Shown here: positions 58,834 to 64,000 of the stretch, piece after piece | Layout of the letters: every line of letters begins with the position of its first letter | How positions within the stretch are numbered: position 1 is the stretch's first letter | Assembly (NCBI GenBank): GCA_041660505.1 | Contig: JBAZWG010000001.1 | Location: 23,758-87,757, forward strand | Reading direction: 5' to 3' | Origin: Minisyncoccota bacterium | GTDB lineage: Bacteria > Patescibacteriota > Minisyncoccia > Phycocordibacterales > JACRKE01 | DNA length: 64,000 bases | Program-made: the position numbers and the translations under genes | Notes under the pieces: model-generated | Databases searched by the model: none | What the model was told of the DNA's origin: nothing | The model's input: only the letters and a program-made list of their open reading frames with translations

Positions 58834-58871
58834 CCCCGGTCCGCATTGTGCGACCGGGGCTGGTTTTTTTA
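58834..58871 (+). terminator. Strong intrinsic terminator
   Basis: ccccggtc-cgcattgtgc-gaccgggg followed by ctggttttttt. Confidence 0.8.
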
Positions 58872-58907
58872 AATTATTCCTAATGTCCGAGGCGAGACCT
58901 CGGACAA

Positions 58908-59954
58908 TTATACTTTGGCCATGGCTTTTGCGAGCAAATATTTCGGGACAAAAAAATTGAGTACCGGCACGAAAATGAAAAGGCTGATTCGCGCTGGAAC
59001 GCCTGCTCGTTTTGAGAGCCCGGCCCAGGTCAGACCAATCATAACAACATTCAGACCGGGGACTAGATATGTCACATACCACCACCATGGTCGCTCGGCA
59101 ATAGTAATAGGGTAAAAAATATTCAAAAGCGGAACACACGCCATCCACGATCGAGGAACCTTGAAATGTTCGGCAAGTTCATACAAGCAAAAGGAATAAT
59201 AAAAGTAGAGAGCTACGCAGAGGATTCCGCCCGGACCCGCAAAAAGATTTTTCGCAAAATCACCCAGGCCGGCAACAATACCGATCACTGGCTTCGCGAG
59301 CATGAGAGCGCCGAGTATGATGAGAAGAATGACTGGTGTCGGATAATCCTTTTTTACCATAACGCTTTGTGCGGGCGAAACAGGCATTGTTTCGGCAGAC
59401 GATGATTTTACCGCAGGTACAGGCGCGGAAGGAGTGCCGGCTCCCGTCTCCCATAACACTTTGTATACTTTGATCTCATGTGGAATACCTTTCAAATGGC
59501 GATAGCCGATCTCTGCACTTGGTATCTCGTTCTTATTCATCGAGAGGTAGACTGCTTCGGTGAAGTAGATTTCATTCGCATCGGCGAGCCCTTCTACCCG
59601 TGCCGCGATATTGACCGGCTGACCGAAAACATCATTCTCGCGTACCGAAACCTCACCGGAGTTGATAGCCACTCGCACCTCAAGCGCTTCGTTCGAGGCC
59701 TTTGCGTTGTGGCCCCTCAGCCTGCGCTGGATCGCCATACCGCACAAAACAGCATTGGTAGGACTCTCAAAGGTCACCAAGAAAGCATCGCCGATGGTTT
59801 TAATTACCGTCCCCCGGAACTTAAGAAAAATTGGACGGATAAGGCGATCATGCAGATCAAGAAGTTCCTCCAGCTCGTTGCGTGTCTGCCGCGAAGAACG
59901 GTCTGTGTATCCCTTGATGTCAGTAAACATTATGGTGAGGTGCCGTGTTTCCAT
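58908..59954 (-). CDS. Class III adenylate/guanylate cyclase with C-terminal membrane domain
   Basis: IMFTDIKGYT ... KTIGDAFLVTF ... NIAARVEGLA cyclase homology domain. Then about 4 TM helices. Confidence 0.85.
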   Translation of the reverse strand: METRHLTIMFTDIKGYTDRSSRQTRNELEELLDLHDRLIRPIFLKFRGTVIKTIGDAFLVTFESPTNAVLCGMAIQRRLRGHNAKASNEALEVRVAINSGEVSVRENDVFGQPVNIAARVEGLADANEIYFTEAVYLSMNKNEIPSAEIGYRHLKGIPHEIKVYKVLWETGAGTPSAPVPAVKSSSAETMPVSPAQSVMVKKDYPTPVILLIILGALMLAKPVIGIVAGLGDFAKNLFAGPGGILCVALYFYYSFCLYELAEHFKVPRSWMACVPLLNIFYPITIAERPWWWYVTYLVPGLNVVMIGLTWAGLSKRAGVPARISLFIFVPVLNFFVPKYLLAKAMAKV

Positions 59955-60066
59955 AGGTTACAACATATTAACACGTTTCAATCTTTTAGACATCCGGTGT
60001 TGCTAAAATTGAGCCTGTAAAGAGTATGGGATGGAATATACTTGCCATGTTTTTGTAAACAAAAAA

Positions 60067-60102
60067 GAGGTTCGACCTTTTGGATGCCTAAGGTCGAACC
60101 TC
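60067..60102 (-). terminator. Palindromic terminator family gaggttcgacctt (copy 2), downstream of the DUF5679 gene
   Basis: Same 13-bp stem as 44807-44842. A-run on the plus-strand 5' side. Confidence 0.65.
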
Positions 60103-60131
60103 TGGATTCTGTCTACTAAGTAACAGCTCTG

Positions 60132-60314
60132 CTACTTCAACGCCTCGGCGTCGGTCTTGGACATGAATTTGAACATGTTGCCACCGCACTTCTCGCACTT
60201 GCCTTTGGCAGAGTATCGTCCGTTCTTTTCAGACACTTGCGGGTCTTTCATTATTTGCATCGTCGGCTTGTTGTTCGCATCGCGATCCTTCATGCACAAA
60301 GCTTTGAGTTCCAT
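60132..60314 (-). CDS. DUF5679-like zinc-ribbon mini-protein
   Basis: ...KNGRYSAKGKCEKCGGNMFKF pattern typical of this CPR-enriched family. Confidence 0.55.
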   Translation of the reverse strand: MELKALCMKDRDANNKPTMQIMKDPQVSEKNGRYSAKGKCEKCGGNMFKFMSKTDAEALK

Positions 60315-60417
60315 ATTATTACTTTTACTTAATATTTAATTAATCCGGATAGTATACACTATTTCTCTTAATTATACACGTAATCCAACTATTTTCGATT
60401 ATTGTGCCTTTGTACAT

Positions 60418-60852
60418 TTATTTATTTAAATACGTAATCGTTAATTGCAGTATCGTCGCGAACGAAACCCACAAGAGATACGGAATGTTGGCGTATATTA
60501 TCCATGCATAGGTGGGAGCGCCAGTCTCTATGTGGAGCTTGAGGCCGAAGGAGTAAATAGCGAAGAGCGCCCAGATGAGCGTGCCGAGGACGAGGAGAAT
60601 ATCAAACGCCGCGAATAGATTATTCTTCAGCCCGAATTGAATCGGCGTAAAAGCGAAGTTGAAGATTAGATTAAGCGCGAATGGCAGAGCCACAATCCAC
60701 GGAATCTGCTTGGTGAATGTTTTGTAAAATACAGTGCCGAAAGAAACGGCTATCAACACATACAGCACTGTCCAAACGGGGCCGAAGAGCCAGCTCGGCG
60801 GCGACCACCAAGGCTTCACAAGTTGCGAGTACCAATTGTAAGCGTTGTTCAT
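60418..60852 (-). CDS. tspO: TspO/MBR (tryptophan-rich sensory protein) family
   Basis: PSWLFGPVWTVLY and 5 TM helices. Confidence 0.85.
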   Translation of the reverse strand: MNNAYNWYSQLVKPWWSPPSWLFGPVWTVLYVLIAVSFGTVFYKTFTKQIPWIVALPFALNLIFNFAFTPIQFGLKNNLFAAFDILLVLGTLIWALFAIYSFGLKLHIETGAPTYAWIIYANIPYLLWVSFATILQLTITYLNK

Positions 60853-60962
60853 AATATAATGCCTCCAGTATAACACAACGGCTCAAATGGCAGGAAATGA
60901 GCCGATTAGCGGAGGTTTAACCTCCGCCAGCACAGAGATATTGTATCACAATCACCAAATAT

Positions 60963-61826
60963 CTATCTGATCCCCGTGTCGCAGGAGAGGTTGAGTTCGC
61001 TCATTACTTTTGACATGACTATGACATCTTGAGGTGCACAGCGTGGGAGCATTTGACCGCCTGCGGCTTGGACAGTATAGGTGCCCGGTGCGAGGGTGGC
61101 GGTGTAGTGGCCTAGCGCGTCGGTCGGGGCGCTCACGGTCGCGGTCGCACTTCCTTTTTTAAATATCTGCACCGTCGTCTGATACGGCTTGTCGGCACAT
61201 TGCGGGTCTGGCGGGTCACGCATCACCGGGCAAGTCGGCCCGAGCGTAACGGTGCCCTGTATGCCGGATGTTATTGGTGCCGGTGCGGGCGGGCACTTGG
61301 TAAATTCACAGTTGGGGCCGGTGCGGGCGACGTACGAGCCGTCGGGGCATAGCTTGGCCTCCATCGTGCAGGCTACAGGGCCGGGTGGCACCGTCGTGCT
61401 GGCTGCTGCAAGAAATATCGGCACCTCGATCGCGTCATCATTCGCAGGCAGGCCGGATGGGTTATCTTTCTTCAAGATGAGCGTCGCTTTATTGCTATAC
61501 GCCTTCGGATCTGCGGTGAAAGTAAGCTTAGCCTCGAATGGCACGTAGGCCGTGGTCATCCATTCCCCTTTTGCTTGGGCAGAGCCTTGTGCAATAATTT
61601 TACCATCCCAATCAACGAGCACAACATGGAAGCTCGCTTCGAAGTACCAAGTCCCCGGCGCCTCACCCGTGACAGAGAGCGGGCTCGAGACGGTAGCGCC
61701 GGCCAGAGGCGCGCTCACCCGCGGTTTGTTCGCAACATTGGTTGTAGGCGTCTGCGCTGGTTGAGCGAACTTGAACAGAGCAAAAGTAATCACAAGCACG
61801 ACAACGATGTATAATATTTTTTTCAT
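60963..61826 (-). CDS. Secreted protein with Gmad2 Ig-like and carboxypeptidase-regulatory-like domains
   Basis: Signal/TM MKKILYIVVVLVITFALF. GTWYFEASFHVVLVDWDGKIIAQG (Gmad2-like). GHYTATLAPGTYTVQAAG (CarbopepD_reg-like). Cys-rich linker. Confidence 0.65.
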   Translation of the reverse strand: MKKILYIVVVLVITFALFKFAQPAQTPTTNVANKPRVSAPLAGATVSSPLSVTGEAPGTWYFEASFHVVLVDWDGKIIAQGSAQAKGEWMTTAYVPFEAKLTFTADPKAYSNKATLILKKDNPSGLPANDDAIEVPIFLAAASTTVPPGPVACTMEAKLCPDGSYVARTGPNCEFTKCPPAPAPITSGIQGTVTLGPTCPVMRDPPDPQCADKPYQTTVQIFKKGSATATVSAPTDALGHYTATLAPGTYTVQAAGGQMLPRCAPQDVIVMSKVMSELNLSCDTGIR

Positions 61827-62009
61827 ATAGTTCATGTTATTTTCATTCATTATACTCCACAACCATTCACTATCCTATTAACCCCTCTACAACCTTTCCG
61901 ACTTGACATATTAACGATAACATTTTTGTATCACCAAATGGACGGGCACGTCATTTTATTGTAGAGTGAATGTGATTTTTGTAGGCTCAACACCGAAAGG
62001 AGGTTCAAT

Positions 62010-62309
62010 TTGAGCAGAAATGATTCTGTCGGCGACGAAGAGGATGAGCGGAAGAGCTACGTCGAGGAGCTGATCGACGGCGACGAGCTCGAAGGCGCCG
62101 CACTTGGCGTCGCCAAGAAATACGTCGCCGACGGGCGAGACAGCCTTTCCGACAAGCAGTTGTTTGTCCTAGAGAAGTATGTTCTAGGCAAACAGAAGGA
62201 CTGCGGACGCTGTGGGACACCAATCCCCTGGAGCGAGAGGTATGCACTCTCGACCCAGGAACACCCCTGGTGCTCCTGGTGTCTACAAGTCACCTCGCAC
62301 GACGACTAG
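62010..62309 (+). CDS. Hypothetical acidic protein with C-terminal Cys4 motif, GC-rich orphan; TTG start
   Basis: SD aaaggagg 9 nt upstream. CGRCG...CSWC. Confidence 0.45.
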   Translation: MSRNDSVGDEEDERKSYVEELIDGDELEGAALGVAKKYVADGRDSLSDKQLFVLEKYVLGKQKDCGRCGTPIPWSERYALSTQEHPWCSWCLQVTSHDD

Positions 62310-62374
62310 TCACACGACGAGGTGACCACGGCAACGGGGCAGGCCGGTAATTCTGCCCCTAACTACAAAAAACA

Positions 62375-62635
62375 CTATTCTGGATTATGAATAGTGTTTT
62401 TTGTTTTCAAGCTCAATTTTTCCTTGCGGGATAATTTTTTAATTTCCGCTTCGCGCTTAGATGCCGATGACCTATCCGGATGCTTTTCATTATACACCAT
62501 CTTACTCGCTCCGTGAGCGCGCGTGTATTGCCCACCGATTCCCTTCTTGTGCTCATTAAGACGCCGCGCAAGGTCGGTCGTGATGCCGGTGTAGATAGAC
62601 TTGTCGGCGCACTGGAGTAGGTAGACGAAGTACAT
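62375..62635 (-). CDS. GIY-YIG nuclease family protein (UPF0213-like)
   Basis: YFVYLLQCADKSIYTGITTDLARRLNEHK canonical GIY-YIG motif. Confidence 0.9.
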   Translation of the reverse strand: MYFVYLLQCADKSIYTGITTDLARRLNEHKKGIGGQYTRAHGASKMVYNEKHPDRSSASKREAEIKKLSRKEKLSLKTKNTIHNPE

Positions 62636-62656
62636 AATTCAATTTTCCGATCAAGG

Positions 62657-62727
62657 CTGGGGGATTAGGACTCGAACCTAAATACTCAGGACCAAAACCT
62701 GATGTCCTACCATTAGACGATCCCCCA
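62657..62727 (-). tRNA. tRNA-Gln (anticodon UUG)
   Basis: Reverse complement TGGGGGATCGTCTAATGGTAGGACATCAGGTTTTGGTCCTGAGTATTTAGGTTCGAGTCCTAATCCCCCAG. Acceptor 7 bp. Anticodon loop TTTTGGT. Confidence 0.85.
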
Positions 62728-63408
62728 TTGATTCTCACAAATACCTTCTGTCCACCCCGCGATTCTTCTCACTAAATGTGAGCTACTTTTTGGGCAGACT
62801 CTGAGTACGCCAACGTACTCCTCGCCAACATTCCTTCTCTTCGTTTTTGGATTACCTTTTTTGTAGTATATGTGAGTGATACTACCGACGGGCAACTTGA
62901 GTCTATTACACCAGAAATTTAGTATTTTTTCAAGGTCGTCGCGCTTCGCATTATGTAAATAAAGTTCATACTTTATCTCATTGTTATCAAGTCTTAGAAT
63001 AAATTTAAGGAATAAAATAAAAACCTTGACCATTCGCCAGTCTGAATTACTAAACTTTAGTCCCGAACCAGCCGAATATTCCTTCTCCTTTGAGCCTTCC
63101 GCCCAATAGAGACAGGTTCCAATGATCAATAAGTCTCGGTCGCTCAGCTTACCAATTTCTGTTCGCGCCAATTCAATTATTTCTGTCTGAATTCTTACTC
63201 GCTTGGCTTTACGCGCTGCAGCCCCTCGCCTTTGACCAGCCCTTCTTTTCTCGGTAAAAATCTGCTTTTGGCGTTTCGATAAACCAACATCAACAAACCA
63301 TTCCGTGAGTGTCGATTTAGCAACGGGAATTACTTTCCGTATCTCCGAATAACTTTTTCCTTGTCGTCTAAGCGCCACCGCCCGTTCGTGTATCGTACTA
63401 TCAATCAT
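62713..63408 (-). CDS. HTH-domain protein with degenerate LAGLIDADG-like region (hypothetical)
   Basis: N-terminal HTH (GKSYSEIRKVIPVAKSTLTEW). Basic linker. LLIIGTCLYWAEGSK and NAKRDDLEKILNFWCNRLKLPVGSI resemble LAGLIDADG endonuclease motifs. 3' end overlaps tRNA-Gln by 15 nt. Confidence 0.5.
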   Translation of the reverse strand: MIDSTIHERAVALRRQGKSYSEIRKVIPVAKSTLTEWFVDVGLSKRQKQIFTEKRRAGQRRGAAARKAKRVRIQTEIIELARTEIGKLSDRDLLIIGTCLYWAEGSKEKEYSAGSGLKFSNSDWRMVKVFILFLKFILRLDNNEIKYELYLHNAKRDDLEKILNFWCNRLKLPVGSITHIYYKKGNPKTKRRNVGEEYVGVLRVCPKSSSHLVRRIAGWTEGICENQWGIV

Positions 63409-63452
63409 AGCACTAATACTAACATACTATGTACGATTATTCGTGGGAATAA

Positions 63453-64000
63453 CTACTCCCCTGCGATCTTGGCCAGGGCAATTTCGAATAAGAGTTCCGG
63501 CACGGCGGATGTCGTCATTTCGTCGTAGGTTTTCAAGAGTTCGCGGAGGAGGTCGGAGAAGGTCCCGGTAAATTTAACTTTCTGGAGTTCGGCGATACGC
63601 GCGAGTTCTTCCTTCGACATTTCCGCTTCGAAAAATTTCTTCAGTTCCGGCGAGAGCTTCATCAACATCACAATGCGTAGTGTGCGCAGAATGAATTTAA
63701 GGAGCAGCCGCGTATCCATATTCTCCGCTTCGCTGGACTTGAGTAGGGCAACGCCTGCCGAAACATTCTTCTCCAAAATCGACTTAGCCAGATCGAAGAC
63801 GAGCGTGATCTTGGGTGAGCCCGATGTCGCTTCGACGTCTTCTGATTTTATCTTCTTGCCTTTTACAGACGCTATAACTTTCTGCAACACACCGTGCGCG
63901 TCGCGGAACGAGCCCTCGGCCAGAGTTGCAAGCACGCCGGCGGCATCCTTATCCAATTCATAACCTTCCTTCTTTGCCACATCGATGAGCATCTTCTTCG
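63453..64000 (-). CDS. dnaX: DNA polymerase III gamma/tau subunit, C-terminal part (5' end beyond window)
   Basis: LAEGSFRDAHGVLQKV matches the conserved DnaX domain III motif. The N-terminal AAA+ part must lie past 64000. Confidence 0.75.
   Translation of the reverse strand, partial: KKMLIDVAKKEGYELDKDAAGVLATLAEGSFRDAHGVLQKVIASVKGKKIKSEDVEATSGSPKITLVFDLAKSILEKNVSAGVALLKSSEAENMDTRLLLKFILRTLRIVMLMKLSPELKKFFEAEMSKEELARIAELQKVKFTGTFSDLLRELLKTYDEMTTSAVPELLFEIALAKIAGE

Noticed and set aside
62556-62738. 60-aa minus-strand ORF
   Set aside because: Entirely overlaps tRNA-Gln (62657-62727). Spurious.

Overview
This 64-kb window looks like a chromosomal segment of a small-genome, CPR/Patescibacteria-like bacterium. 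That placement is an inference from gene content: DUF5679- and DUF5667-like proteins, a short SMC, an rpsP-KH-trmD operon lacking rimM and rplS, and tRNAs without encoded CCA.

Conserved genes on the backbone:
- hppA (3' end runs off the window start), gap, a NUDIX hydrolase, a DedA-family protein, Fe/Mn SOD, a DsbA-like protein.
- The rpoD-dnaG-rpoC-rpoB block on the minus strand.
- trmD, a KH-domain protein and rpsP; RNase R; gpmA; a short SMC; ddl; rnc; rpmF; dnaE; thrS; an ABC-F ATPase; a class III nucleotidyl cyclase; TspO; dnaX (partial at the window end).
- tRNA-Ala(GGC), tRNA-Val(CAC) and tRNA-Gln(UUG).

Accessory and unusual content:
1. A ~10-kb minus-strand copper/heavy-metal cluster: a membrane-fusion protein, an RND pump, a Met-rich protein, an HMA-permease-cupredoxin fusion, a cupredoxin-like protein, copA and a Cys-rich 88-aa ORF. 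Next to it is a PaaX-like regulator bracketed by two copies of a composite palindrome.
2. Two IS200-like/RAYT Y1 transposase genes. Each is flanked by its own family of perfect palindromes (REP-like). A fourth copy of the first palindrome sits 40 kb away, in a repeat hotspot at 48.4-50.2 kb.
3. A 53-bp terminator-like element present twice identically, plus a third diverged copy. Each copy sits right after a small orphan gene.
4. A tightly coupled SHOCT - SAM-methyltransferase - RecB/Cas4-like nuclease operon.
5. A NusB-NUDIX fusion gene.
6. A HigB/HigA-like toxin-antitoxin pair.
7. A partial duplication of the tRNA-Val 3' end next to a GC-rich gene.
8. Several small high-GC orphan ORFs, each with a strong Shine-Dalgarno sequence and its own terminator.
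9. A lysozyme-like transglycosylase gene whose signal-peptide region is in another frame at a T-run.
10. A GIY-YIG gene and an HTH/LAGLIDADG-like gene flanking tRNA-Gln.

No rRNA and no CRISPR array were seen.
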